In this document: piece after piece, positions 18,004-27,672 of the stretch | Position numbering within the stretch: position 1 is the stretch's first letter | How the letters are laid out: every line of letters starts with the position of its first letter | From: a virus | Taxonomy: Duplodnaviria > Caudoviricetes | Length of the DNA stretch: 64,000 bases | Direction: 5' to 3' (one strand) | Virus record (IMG/VR): IMGVR_UViG_3300028048_003180 | Span: 44,710 to 108,709 of that record | Notes under the pieces: generated by a model | What the model was told of the DNA's origin: nothing | The model's database searches: none | Seen by the model: only the letters and a program-made list of their open reading frames with translations | Made by a program: the position numbers and the translations under genes

Positions 18004-18782
18004 TGGCGGTTTTTGCCCAGAGGGTAACGTTCATACTGAACAAGAAGTGCAATGCCCACTGCCCGTTCTGCATACAGCATAGCATGAAAGGCCTGGAAGA
18101 TTTACCTGATGACGAGATTTTCAGCAACTTCATTAAGTGTATTGACCATATAGAGGGGATTACCAACATAAACGTGCAGCTCATGGGTGGAGAGCCTACG
18201 CTGTGGAGCCCCTACCTTATCCACAAGATACAGGACAGGCTTGAGAAGTATGAAAGGTACATGATATTTACCAACGGTGCAGACAAAAACTCCGAGTGGT
18301 ACAAGGACAAGAAGGCTCTTTTCCTGTGGCACGTCACTGACTGGGACGACGTGAGGGTGCTTGAGTGGAAGGACAATGAGCAGCCGAAAATAGTAGTTAC
18401 GCACAAGAACATAGACAGGCTTGAGGAGTTCCTCGAGGTGAATTATAGGCTCAACAGGGAGAGGGGTATAACAATCTCTCCATGCGTGGAGTCAGGGGAA
18501 CTGACCGCGACCCCGGAGGACATCATAAGGATAGCGGAGCTTCAGGTAAAGACGGAGAGCCGCTACAAGAACATGGTGCTTCTTGCCGAGTGCTTAAAAA
18601 GGGGCAATATGGGCAACTGGAGACAGGCCTGCAAGAGATTCGAGACGACATGGAACGTTGACTGCCAGACAATGACGGTAGAGCCATGCTGCGGCAACAA
18701 CTACGAGAGGAAACTTTACCCCCTTGAGGAGTTCACAGGTCAGAAACCGGAAGACTGCGGGAACTGTGTGTACGCTCTTTAG
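18000..18782 (+). CDS. Radical SAM protein with C-terminal Cys (Twitch/SPASM-like) domain
   Basis: CNAHCPFC, GGEPTL, FTNG, PCC and CGNC. Confidence 0.88.
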   Translation: MMAVFAQRVTFILNKKCNAHCPFCIQHSMKGLEDLPDDEIFSNFIKCIDHIEGITNINVQLMGGEPTLWSPYLIHKIQDRLEKYERYMIFTNGADKNSEWYKDKKALFLWHVTDWDDVRVLEWKDNEQPKIVVTHKNIDRLEEFLEVNYRLNRERGITISPCVESGELTATPEDIIRIAELQVKTESRYKNMVLLAECLKRGNMGNWRQACKRFETTWNVDCQTMTVEPCCGNNYERKLYPLEEFTGQKPEDCGNCVYAL

Positions 18783-18783
18783 G

Positions 18784-18812
18784 TTGGCAAAAAAAATAAA
18801 TGCGTTTACGCT
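18784..18812 (+). promoter_or_regulatory. Putative late promoter TTGGCA-A7-N10-TACGCT
   Basis: Shares the A-tract architecture. Confidence 0.5.
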
Positions 18813-18831
18813 CCGATAAACGGAGGCTTTT

Positions 18832-19842
18832 ATGGCTAAGGAAATAAAGACAGAAGACAGGAAGTTCATAAAATACTGGCTGAAGCACACTGAGGCCCCT
18901 GTCACAAGGACGACACTGGGAACTGGTGCGGTGGAAGTGAGTGTCGGTGACATTACCGAGACTACATACTGGTACCATGAAAGTACGGACGAAATCCCGA
19001 ACAGTTTTGTTGACGATATAATCACTACAGGGAAGGACTGCAAGGGCACCGTTGACGAAAAGTTCTGGACTCAGACAGATGAGGAAACCTACGCGGCTGA
19101 AACCCTCACTTCCATAAGGGAGGACGTGTGGCAGATTAACACCGACAAAGTGACTGACACGGAAGGGGTTCTTGACGTTGAGTATACGCATGAATACTCA
19201 TGGAGCACCTACGACGGGACTAAGGACGTTGAGTACAGAGTTGCAGGAGTCTGCAAGGACTGCAAGTTCTACAAGCCGAACACAGAGATTCCAGAAGAAG
19301 AGCCAGAACCCGAACCAGAGCCTAGTCCAGACCCAGAGCCGACACCAGGGCCAGGCAATGACCCAGCCCCAGGGACAGACCCTAATGACCCAAGCTCTGA
19401 CCCGTCAGACCCTAGCGGAGACCCAGACCCTACTCCAGATCCCGACCTTGAGCCGGAACCTACACCAACTCCAGGACCTGAACCGGAACCCAAGCCTGAA
19501 AAGAAGGGGGATGATTACTGGCTGCACCATCTGCCGCACAGATGCCATAGGCTTGACTGGCGCAAGGTTTGTATGGACGGCATGTGTACGAAGGTCAAGA
19601 AGATTGACTATATAGACGGCAAGGAGACAAACTCCAGCTGCTTTGAGCGCAACTATTACGGTGAGTGCCCTGACTATGAGCCGTTTGAGGAAGAGGAAAA
19701 TACAGACCCTGTAGACCCAGGTACAGACCCTGTTGACCCGGACAATCCGAATACTGACCCGGTTGACCCTGACCCCAACAACGACCCGTCAGGCGGTACT
19801 GATCCAGACCCGAACACTGACCCGGACCCAAACAATCCGTAG
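18832..19842 (+). CDS. Acidic protein with Pro/Asp/Glu/Thr low-complexity tracts and a Cys-rich domain
   Basis: (EP)n, (DP)n and TDPVDP repeats; CKDCKFY...C...C...CPDYE. Confidence 0.75.
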   Translation: MAKEIKTEDRKFIKYWLKHTEAPVTRTTLGTGAVEVSVGDITETTYWYHESTDEIPNSFVDDIITTGKDCKGTVDEKFWTQTDEETYAAETLTSIREDVWQINTDKVTDTEGVLDVEYTHEYSWSTYDGTKDVEYRVAGVCKDCKFYKPNTEIPEEEPEPEPEPSPDPEPTPGPGNDPAPGTDPNDPSSDPSDPSGDPDPTPDPDLEPEPTPTPGPEPEPKPEKKGDDYWLHHLPHRCHRLDWRKVCMDGMCTKVKKIDYIDGKETNSSCFERNYYGECPDYEPFEEEENTDPVDPGTDPVDPDNPNTDPVDPDPNNDPSGGTDPDPNTDPDPNNP

Positions 19843-19850
19843 GAACTGAA

Positions 19851-20030
19851 ATGACAAAGAGACAGGTATTGGACTTGAAGGACGACCTTACAGACCTGAA
19901 CAACAACCTCATTACGCTTGTGAATGGGGTTGAGTTTGATGACAGGAAAATGGTCAAGCCACTGGAAAAGATAAGCAACGAGCTGAACAGCTTCATAGCA
20001 AAGCTTGAAGCTTTGTCTTGGGAGGATTGA
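19851..20030 (+). CDS. Hypothetical protein (59 aa, not in ORF track)
   Basis: MTKRQVLDLKDDL...LSWED; AGGA upstream; abuts next gene. Confidence 0.6.
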   Translation: MTKRQVLDLKDDLTDLNNNLITLVNGVEFDDRKMVKPLEKISNELNSFIAKLEALSWED

Positions 20031-20561
20031 GTGACGAGGAAGGAATTAGCCGCCCTTATAGATACAAACTACGGCGACAGCATGGTGAGCTCGGCAGTGC
20101 AGCAGGCAGCAAAGGAAATGCCGTCTATTGCCGAAAAGTTCACGCATAACCTCCACATCCAGTCCTCATTTACGAAGGAAGAAATTCTCTTCATCTGCAC
20201 TTTCATAAGGCCAAAGCTTAATCCCGTTCAGATAGCCCTTATTGAAGACAACTATATTGAGCATGACACCCACTTCATCAAGGAAAAGAGGAAAATCTAC
20301 ATATCTGGTACGGAAAAGTACCTTGAGAAGCTGAGGAAAAGCCCGAAGTTCCAAAGCTGTGCGAACTGCATATACCTTAAGGGGAAAAGCATCCGCTCGG
20401 GGACTACGAAGCTTGTCCCGTTCTGCTCATTCTACAACAGGTACATACACATGATTAAGATTGAGTTGAAGAACCGTACCAGGCAGGCGGATATATTCAA
20501 GGATAAGTGCCAGACTTACAGGCACGGCGAGGTGAAACTTTTTTACAGGAAGGGATATTAA
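20031..20561 (+). CDS. Hypothetical protein with Cys motif
   Basis: GGAGG SD; CANCIY...C...C. Confidence 0.6.
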   Translation: MTRKELAALIDTNYGDSMVSSAVQQAAKEMPSIAEKFTHNLHIQSSFTKEEILFICTFIRPKLNPVQIALIEDNYIEHDTHFIKEKRKIYISGTEKYLEKLRKSPKFQSCANCIYLKGKSIRSGTTKLVPFCSFYNRYIHMIKIELKNRTRQADIFKDKCQTYRHGEVKLFYRKGY

Positions 20562-20621
20562 ATGATACCAGATATGGCAAGATAGCTGCCATCCCTTTAG
20601 GGTGGCTGGTGAATTGCCATA

Positions 20622-21026
20622 TTATCCTTGATTTTTTATATAATTTTGTAATGTCTTCTCTGAAACATCTCCAATAGTTGAAATAAAATAACCTCTAGTC
20701 CACAAATAATGCTTTCCGCTCCAATAATATCTGGATAAATAAGCATTATGTTTTTTCCATAAATCATAGGTGGAAACAGATTTCAGTTTATTTATCATTT
20801 CATAAATTACTGTTGTTGGAGTTGCCGTTATAAGAAAATGAATATGGTCTTTGTCTATCTCCATAGTCTCTATATGCCATTTATCCTGTAAAGACTCCGC
20901 TCTTTTCATTGAATTTAAAACATCATCTCTGATATCTGTTAAGCATTTTGTTCTGTATTTAGTAGAGAAGATAACATGGTATCTTAGTTTGAATTTTTCG
21001 TGATTCAATGTTTCATATTCACTCAT
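20622..21026 (-). CDS. tnpA: Y1 HUH transposase
   Basis: YHVIFSTKYR, DHIH, LWTRGYF.ST.G, YIKNQG. Confidence 0.95.
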   Translation of the reverse strand: MSEYETLNHEKFKLRYHVIFSTKYRTKCLTDIRDDVLNSMKRAESLQDKWHIETMEIDKDHIHFLITATPTTVIYEMINKLKSVSTYDLWKKHNAYLSRYYWSGKHYLWTRGYFISTIGDVSEKTLQNYIKNQG

Positions 21027-21114
21027 AAATATAATTTATAAAAAGTTAGTATATTTTGCAATATTTACTCAAACAGTATTTGCTTTTTTCTACTAAGTTT
21101 ATTATATTAAAGAT

Positions 21115-22416
21115 ATGTGTAAGACACGAGAAGAGAAAAACAAGCAGATTGCTCAGACAATAAAGGCTACCTATGAGAAAAGAGCCTCTCAGGTTTGTCG
21201 TGTCTTTACAGTAAAGATTCAGGATAATCAACTGTCTAAAGTTCAAAAAGAACAGTTGAAAATGATTTTTGTAGAAGCAAAGTGGTTAAAAAATTCAATT
21301 CTTGCTTGGATAAAAGAAAATCCAGAAAATAAAGTTTGGGATTACGATACAAAGAAGAAGACCATCATTCATAAAGATAAGGATATGAATGATGTCGAAG
21401 TTGAATTGAAATATATTCCTGCCTCTGTGAAGCAGTGTGTTCAATCAGAAATAATTTCAAACATCAGGACAATCATTACATTGCAGAAGAAAGGCTTCCA
21501 GTCTGGCGGGCATCTCAAGTTTGTAAAAGAAGTCTCATCTGTCAATTTCAAACAGTATGGGAAAACCCATAAGATAATATCCTCAAAAAGAATTAAGTTA
21601 CAGGGTATATCAGGTTCTCTGATGGTAAACGGACTCAAGCAGTTCTTGAATAAAAATCTTGAATATGCAAATGCAAAATTACTGAATACACCGCAGGGGT
21701 ATTACGTTCAGTTCACGACTTATGTAGATAAATCGAAGATAGCAAATAAACAGACCAATGGTAAGGTTTTAGGTATAGATTTCGGATGCGAGACATCCTT
21801 CACTACAAGTGAGGGTGAAAAAATCGAAGCTTCAGTTCAAGAAAGTGAGCGTATCAAGCGTCTTTCATTAAGAATGAACAAACGTCAAAAGAAAGGCTCA
21901 AAGAACTGGTGGCGGACAGTGCATCTGTTACGAAAAGAATACCAGAAACTTACCAACCAGAAAAACGACCTTGCCAACAAACTTGTTGCAAAATTCTCTG
22001 AATATGACACTGTTATTATTCAGGATGAACAGCTTAGTAATTGGCATAAAGGCAATCACGGGAAGAAAGTTCAGCGCTCAGTATTAGGAAGAGTAAAATC
22101 AAAGCTTCTTCTTAAGTCTAATGTAGTAGTCCTGTCAAAGAATTGTCCTACGACAAAATTGTGTACAAAATGTGGACAATGGCATGATGAAATGAGAGTT
22201 TGGAACAGGATTTTCAAATGTGACTGCGGAGTTGAAATGGATAGAGATATTCATGCGGCTCAGAATATGGTCTGGTTTTATGAAAATAAAGTAGGTGTGG
22301 GACGCACCAATTTCAAGCGTGTGGAGATTAAAGCACTTGTATCAGAGGCTCTTGCTTCTGGTATCAAACTCGAATCTGTGAAGCACGAAGCTGACATGGC
22401 TTTAGCCTGTCAGTAG
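21115..22416 (+). CDS. tnpB: RNA-guided endonuclease TnpB
   Basis: GIDFG (RuvC-I), IIQDE (atypical RuvC-II), CTKCG..CDCG Zn finger, DRDIHAAQN (RuvC-III). Confidence 0.9.
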   Translation: MCKTREEKNKQIAQTIKATYEKRASQVCRVFTVKIQDNQLSKVQKEQLKMIFVEAKWLKNSILAWIKENPENKVWDYDTKKKTIIHKDKDMNDVEVELKYIPASVKQCVQSEIISNIRTIITLQKKGFQSGGHLKFVKEVSSVNFKQYGKTHKIISSKRIKLQGISGSLMVNGLKQFLNKNLEYANAKLLNTPQGYYVQFTTYVDKSKIANKQTNGKVLGIDFGCETSFTTSEGEKIEASVQESERIKRLSLRMNKRQKKGSKNWWRTVHLLRKEYQKLTNQKNDLANKLVAKFSEYDTVIIQDEQLSNWHKGNHGKKVQRSVLGRVKSKLLLKSNVVVLSKNCPTTKLCTKCGQWHDEMRVWNRIFKCDCGVEMDRDIHAAQNMVWFYENKVGVGRTNFKRVEIKALVSEALASGIKLESVKHEADMALACQ

Positions 22417-22471
22417 TTCACTATTCACTTCCTTGGGAACACTGGGCAGACTCATTAGGCAATGTAATCCG

Positions 22472-25400
22472 CTAAAGCTCAATCCTCTGGGTGATTATGT
22501 CCTTCAGTTCCTGAGAGTGGGTAATGAGTACGGTCTTGTCCGCACCTCCCTCCTCATGGACAGTCTCTATCATCTTCAGGTACTTAAGCTTTGAGTCATG
22601 GTCGAGTGCTCCGTCAGTCTCGTCAAGGAACCTTGTCCTGAAACCTGCCGACTGGGAGCGGCTCCTTATGATTGAGAAGGCATGGTAGAGGGCTTCCTTT
22701 ATCCATGTCCCCTCACCTCCTGAAACCCACTCCAAAGGCCTTGTGACGCTTGTTTCCGTGTTTTCAACTAATATGTCAAAAACTTCGATGTAAGCCCCTG
22801 TAGAGCCCTTCCTGAGCGTCTGGAAGGATATTTTGAACTTGTCTCCGTATGCTGATTCCAGTATGCGGTTCGTTATGTCTGCAACGTCAGGAGCGGCGGC
22901 TTCAAGCTCCAGTGCCTGTATGCCGTTTGCTCCGAAGGCCCGCTCAAGAAACTCCCATTCAGTCTGCTCGTGCACAAGGGTTTCCCTTTCTTCCTTTAGC
23001 TGCTCATTAGTTTCTTTTGCTTCTTTTAGCTGGGCAGCTTCCTGTGTTATCTTGCCTGACTCTACGAGCAGTTCCTGGAGTTCACCTTCGGCAGAGGTAA
23101 GGGAATCTTCTACGGACTTCATCTTTCCGGCAACGTCAGGGCCCAAACCTTCCTTCTGCTTCTTCAGCTGGGACAGTTCCTTTTCAAGCGTTGATGTCTT
23201 CTTGGTGTATACTGACAGGTATTCGTTCAGGGCATTTAAGTCTGTAGACTCGGCTTCCATCTTCAGGAGGGAGGCTTCGTCCGGGATTCCGAGTTCAGAG
23301 ATTTCTTTTTCGTCCTTTTCGTTCTCTCTCTCCAGCCACTTGACCCCTCGGTTGGTGTCGGCCAATTCTTTGGCTATAAGGTCATGGGCTTCCTGTGCTG
23401 CAAGGAGCATTGACTCTGCCTTTTCAAGAGCCTTGCGGTTCTTTACAGCCTGCTTTTCCAGTTCTGCAACCTTTTCGGCAGGGAGTTTCTGTCCACAGGT
23501 AGGGCACGTGTCTGCTATGTCAGTGACCAGGTTCCTCTTTGCCGTAACGTCCGCCTTCGCGTCCGCAAGATTCGTGTAGGCTTCCTTTTCCTTTGCTTCC
23601 AGGCTTCTTACCTCTTCCCTGTTGGCATCCAGGAGTGGCTGCCTTTCACTTATTCTATTGCGTATGGAATCTGCCTTTTCGAGAAGAGGCTTTATTTTTT
23701 CGTACTTGCCGAAGTTTTCCTTCTTACTTGTGTAGGTTGCAAGGAGCCCCTTCGTTTCAAGGAGCTGCGATTCCTTCTCGCGGATTTTACTGTCTACATC
23801 AGTTCCTGAATCCGTTTTCTTCAGGCCGTCAAGCTCTGCATTGAGTTTTTTGATTTCATCCCGCAGGACCTTTATGCGCTTGTCAACTTCCTTTCCGTGA
23901 GCAAGGACTTCCTTTATCATTGCGTCGTAATCCGAATCGTCAATGAGGGTTTCCTTTTCCGTAATCTTGGCCTTGAGTTCCTTTGACTTCTCCCTTGAGG
24001 CGGCTGATATTTCAGAGGCAGATTCAGTGCCGAGCAGGGAGTTGAAGAAGCTTTTCTTTTCACCTTTTGTCGCTGATGCAATGTCAGTTACGCTTCCCGT
24101 GTTTCCCTTTGTGTAGAATACGGTGCGCAGGAACAGTTCTATTGAACCGAATGTGTTGACCACCCATTCATTGTACTGGTCAACGTTACCGTCCAATCCG
24201 TCAACAGGGTTGAGGTTGTCGGGGTTTTCCCCTGTGAAGGCAAACGCTTTTACCTTGCCGCTTTTGTTCTTGCCGTCGATGTCAATTCTTATGCGGTAGT
24301 ATGTCCCGCCTTCGTCAACGTAAAGGAGTTCCCTGTATGAGTCACGGAGGAAGAAGTGGTCTTGTAAACGTCCGTTCCTTGTAAGCATACGGAGGTACGG
24401 CTGGCAGTTCTCAATAAGGGTGGAATTATGACTAATATATCCACTTGAATAAAACTGATGAGTAGAGGGAATTGTAAAGTCGTAAACAATTTTCTTATCA
24501 TTAAATACTTCTTTTTTTGTAATTTTTGAAAAGAAATAATTCTTTGAAAGTATTAATTTGAACAAACTGTTTAGTTCTTTTACTTCTGGTATTTCACTGT
24601 TATCAGACAATGATTTCAGTAATTCAAGTTTTTTATAGGAGATATTATATTTTTTTTGGAAAAGCCGACTCGGTAAAGGTGTAATATATATCTTGCCATT
24701 TTCGGAGTGAAAATGTCCATTATGTAAAACAGTTAGTTTTTTTCTTATATAAGGATTTATATAAGGAATAATATCTTTATTTGGATTAACATCCTTCGTT
24801 CTTTTATAATTGTATTTTAATGACTTATTTATTAAACAAATCAAATTTTCAACATTCAAAGAACGGACTACAATTTTGTGATAAATCCAATCATAAGATT
24901 TTACCTTTTTTAACCCATGAGTAGATACTATTCCAAAGTTAAGTAACATATTTTGAACCGAATTCGCAATTTGCTTACTGGCAGTTGAAAATTCAAAATA
25001 ATCGTTACATAAACATCCGTCACAGTCAAACAATGCTGTTAAAAAAGCGACTTGCTCTTCTTTCGTGCCTTGTAAAATACAATTCGGAATAATTTTGTAA
25101 CGGGCAGTTGTAAGAGCTTCGTTAAAAATATATTCCAAAAACTGTCTTATTACGGAAGAGAAAATTCTAAGATTTGAATCTTTCTGAAGATTTGTAGGCT
25201 TGGAAATATTTATATTAAACAATGATTTGACTGTTTTAATATAATCATCTGCTATCTTTTTATTTTTCGTTGAAAACTGGATAGAGTTTCCTGTATGAGA
25301 TCCGTTTGCAATGTAATATCCCAAAAATTTTGCCAACTGAATTGACATCTTTGTAGGAAGATTCACCTTATTTGTACTTCTCCACATAAATGGAGAAAAA

Positions 25401-26290
25401 TCAAAGCTATAGGATTTTTCAGGAAAAACATTCATATTTCTTGAAACGCATACATAATCATCACAAGATATGTCTTTTAATTTTTTGAATTCAAAAGTAC
25501 AGTTAGGAGTAAAAATTAAAACAGGATGTTCAGGAGTTCCTTCTATTTCCATCCCTAATGAATTTGTGATTTTTATAGTCTCATTTACTTCTTCTGAATA
25601 AAAATGAGAGCTTTCTGCAAAAACATCATTTGCAGAAAGTAATTCCTTGTTAAAGTTTTGAAATCCTCTTATCTTATTGTCATAAGAACCTATTGTTTCA
25701 AAACCTTTTTTAGAAAGTATTAAAGTCTCTCCTGTTACACACTTCCCGCGTCCGCACTGACCCGCGAGCGCAACTACGCCAGGAACGAAATTCCTCAAGT
25801 CCAGTGTGAACTCATCCCTTCCAGTCCCCTCCTTTATTCCTATGCTCCCCATGAGTTTTACCTCAAGAAGCGTGAAGGTGTGGTGGGGTGCAGCGTACTT
25901 AATGCTGAGGCTGTCCTCTATCTCCTTGAGCTTGGAGTATACAGTGTCACTGGCCTTGAGCTTGTTGACCTTTATATATTCGGAGAGCTTCTCTGCCTGT
26001 GTCTTTGCCCTGATTATTTCAGGAGCCCTTACATGGGCGGAGTCCTTTACGTCGTATACAACCTTGACTGACTTTACGGCATCGTTTTTTCTCAATGCGG
26101 CAGAAATCGTCTGATAGGGAATGTTTTTCTTCTGCTCTGCCGTGCAGGACAAAAGAAGCTTGATGTTCCTCTCTGTCTTGTCTGACATTTGTGATTCCGT
26201 CCAGCTGTCAAGGATTCCCTGATTTTCTGTTATGTCAACAGTGTAATTCCTGAATACCGGGAATCCAAGTTCTATTTCCTTTATGTCCAT
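22472..26290 (-). CDS. sbcC: SbcC/Rad50-like SMC ATPase with intein and N-terminal SbcD-like extension
   Basis: Walker A GQCGRGK|S, coiled coil, CPTCG hook, VSGGEG signature, FLDE, ITH. Confidence 0.9.
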   Translation of the reverse strand: MDIKEIELGFPVFRNYTVDITENQGILDSWTESQMSDKTERNIKLLLSCTAEQKKNIPYQTISAALRKNDAVKSVKVVYDVKDSAHVRAPEIIRAKTQAEKLSEYIKVNKLKASDTVYSKLKEIEDSLSIKYAAPHHTFTLLEVKLMGSIGIKEGTGRDEFTLDLRNFVPGVVALAGQCGRGKCVTGETLILSKKGFETIGSYDNKIRGFQNFNKELLSANDVFAESSHFYSEEVNETIKITNSLGMEIEGTPEHPVLIFTPNCTFEFKKLKDISCDDYVCVSRNMNVFPEKSYSFDFSPFMWRSTNKVNLPTKMSIQLAKFLGYYIANGSHTGNSIQFSTKNKKIADDYIKTVKSLFNINISKPTNLQKDSNLRIFSSVIRQFLEYIFNEALTTARYKIIPNCILQGTKEEQVAFLTALFDCDGCLCNDYFEFSTASKQIANSVQNMLLNFGIVSTHGLKKVKSYDWIYHKIVVRSLNVENLICLINKSLKYNYKRTKDVNPNKDIIPYINPYIRKKLTVLHNGHFHSENGKIYITPLPSRLFQKKYNISYKKLELLKSLSDNSEIPEVKELNSLFKLILSKNYFFSKITKKEVFNDKKIVYDFTIPSTHQFYSSGYISHNSTLIENCQPYLRMLTRNGRLQDHFFLRDSYRELLYVDEGGTYYRIRIDIDGKNKSGKVKAFAFTGENPDNLNPVDGLDGNVDQYNEWVVNTFGSIELFLRTVFYTKGNTGSVTDIASATKGEKKSFFNSLLGTESASEISAASREKSKELKAKITEKETLIDDSDYDAMIKEVLAHGKEVDKRIKVLRDEIKKLNAELDGLKKTDSGTDVDSKIREKESQLLETKGLLATYTSKKENFGKYEKIKPLLEKADSIRNRISERQPLLDANREEVRSLEAKEKEAYTNLADAKADVTAKRNLVTDIADTCPTCGQKLPAEKVAELEKQAVKNRKALEKAESMLLAAQEAHDLIAKELADTNRGVKWLERENEKDEKEISELGIPDEASLLKMEAESTDLNALNEYLSVYTKKTSTLEKELSQLKKQKEGLGPDVAGKMKSVEDSLTSAEGELQELLVESGKITQEAAQLKEAKETNEQLKEERETLVHEQTEWEFLERAFGANGIQALELEAAAPDVADITNRILESAYGDKFKISFQTLRKGSTGAYIEVFDILVENTETSVTRPLEWVSGGEGTWIKEALYHAFSIIRSRSQSAGFRTRFLDETDGALDHDSKLKYLKMIETVHEEGGADKTVLITHSQELKDIITQRIEL
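24425..25741 (-). mobile_element. Intein (439 aa) with LAGLIDADG homing endonuclease inside Walker A
   Basis: CVTGETLI...TPEHP...FLGYYIANG...FLTALFDCDG...VYDFTI...SHN|S; markedly AT-rich. Confidence 0.93.
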
Positions 26291-26547
26291 AGATCTCCTT
26301 CTTCAGCCTTTATAGTCCTCGCTATCACTGACACCATGTTGAGTCCTGCCCTTTTGTCTGAGCAGGTAACTGACACTGGGAAGCGATACAGCTTTTTCTT
26401 TCCTTGATACAACAGGGAGTAATGTTTCCTCCCGAACTCTACTTGAAAGCCAAGCTTTGAAAGCACCTGGCAAGCTTTCTTGTTCATAATGAATCCTGAG
26501 TTCTTGAGTATAGGCTTGAGTTCAGCCTTTAATTCAGTTATCGTCAT
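26281..26547 (-). CDS. HicA-like small protein
   Basis: LGFQVEFGRKHY and T.SD.RA..N....I.R pattern; no adjacent HicB. Confidence 0.5.
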   Translation of the reverse strand: MTITELKAELKPILKNSGFIMNKKACQVLSKLGFQVEFGRKHYSLLYQGKKKLYRFPVSVTCSDKRAGLNMVSVIARTIKAEEGDLWT

Positions 26548-26556
26548 AAAAATCTC

Positions 26557-27279
26557 CTATAAAGTTACTTCTATCCAACCTCCGCAGTGCGTCTCCCCGA
26601 AGTTCTTCGGAGGCACTGAGCCGGAGTACCAGCACGGGGTTTTCAACCCCTTCACTTTCATCCTTCCGTGTATGTGTCCGCAGGCTATGTAGTCAGCCTC
26701 CATACTGTCGAGTACGGAGAGCGGCATTACCGTTCCGCCGTCCCCTACTTCCACACCGTTCTGGTAGGTACACCCTTCTATCTCGCCGTGGAACATTACT
26801 ATGTGATGCTTTTCACCGTTATCCTTCTTTGAGCCTTCAGCTATATCCTTGTACCACTTCTGGATCTGGGAGTGTTTCTCCTCAATATCCTTTCCGCTGA
26901 AAAAGGACAGCCTTGGCTCAGGGATGACAGTCAGTTTTACATCGGGAAAAATAAGGTAGCTTCCGGCATCCTTACAGTCATAGACTTTTACATTGGGCAT
27001 TATGGAGAAGCACTCAAGGGAGCCGTCCGCCTCATGCGTCGGGGTTCCGTATATCATGTAGCACTCCACGACCTCCTGCAAGTCAAAGAAAGCCCTGAGT
27101 ATGCGGTTGAACCCGCTCTGTGCGGAGTTTGAGATGGTGAAGTCCCAGAAGTCTCCGGCAAAGAGGATGAAGTCCACACCACCCTCAAGGCATCTTTCCT
27201 TGAGGGTGGTGAGCACCTTGAGGGTTTCCTCAAGGCGTGATGTGGAAGCATGTATGTCAGCTATGTGTATGAACGTCAT
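26557..27279 (-). CDS. sbcd: SbcD/Mre11 metallophosphoesterase (nuclease domain only)
   Basis: HIADIH, AGDFWD, GTPTH, FHG, CGHIH, YSGS...FGE. Confidence 0.88.
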   Translation of the reverse strand: MTFIHIADIHASTSRLEETLKVLTTLKERCLEGGVDFILFAGDFWDFTISNSAQSGFNRILRAFFDLQEVVECYMIYGTPTHEADGSLECFSIMPNVKVYDCKDAGSYLIFPDVKLTVIPEPRLSFFSGKDIEEKHSQIQKWYKDIAEGSKKDNGEKHHIVMFHGEIEGCTYQNGVEVGDGGTVMPLSVLDSMEADYIACGHIHGRMKVKGLKTPCWYSGSVPPKNFGETHCGGWIEVTL

Positions 27280-27283
27280 TCAA

Positions 27284-27655
27284 CTACCCCATGAGGTAAT
27301 AATAATTGCCGTCAACTTTTATGAGCCGTCCCCTTATTTCGTAATTGCAGAGGAAGGCTTTCAGCGAGCTTGCGTCAAGTATCTCATCCTCAATCATCAC
27401 ATGGAGTGTCTGTCCGAAGTCTATGCACTTTTCTTCGCTGTCAAAGATAAAGAGCAGAGGTATGTTGTCGTCGCTGTCACCAATCATCAGCAGGTACATC
27501 CCGTTGTTTATTGTGGCCTGTACAACAACAGTTGTCTCATGTCTTTTTCCTGGCTGGACAATCTTTGACGGCCATGACTTTATAACCTTTACAGGGTCAC
27601 AGAAACAGACGATTCCAGCCAACAAAATAACGATTAGTGCTATAAGCTTTTTCAT
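27284..27655 (-). CDS. Hypothetical exported protein
   Basis: MKKLIALIVILLAGIVCFC signal-like N-terminus. Confidence 0.55.
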   Translation of the reverse strand: MKKLIALIVILLAGIVCFCDPVKVIKSWPSKIVQPGKRHETTVVVQATINNGMYLLMIGDSDDNIPLLFIFDSEEKCIDFGQTLHVMIEDEILDASSLKAFLCNYEIRGRLIKVDGNYYYLMG

Positions 27656-27672
27656 TTGCAACCTCCTTTTGC

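Larger units (their letters stand above)
20569..22421 (+). mobile_element. IS200/IS605-family element (divergent tnpA + tnpB)
   Basis: AT-rich island; left-end hairpin ctgccatccc-ttta-gggtggc; right end GAAG-ctgacatggc-ttta-gcctgtcag-tagTTCAC; left limit inferred. Confidence 0.88.

Noticed and set aside
19290-19840. CRISPR-like or non-coding repeat array
   Set aside because: Repeats are in-frame Pro/Asp codons with synonymous variation; there is no repeat-spacer structure anywhere in the window.
22833-23579. 248-aa plus-strand ORF (likewise 39485-40195 and 54418-55347)
   Set aside because: Antisense shadows of well-supported minus-strand genes.
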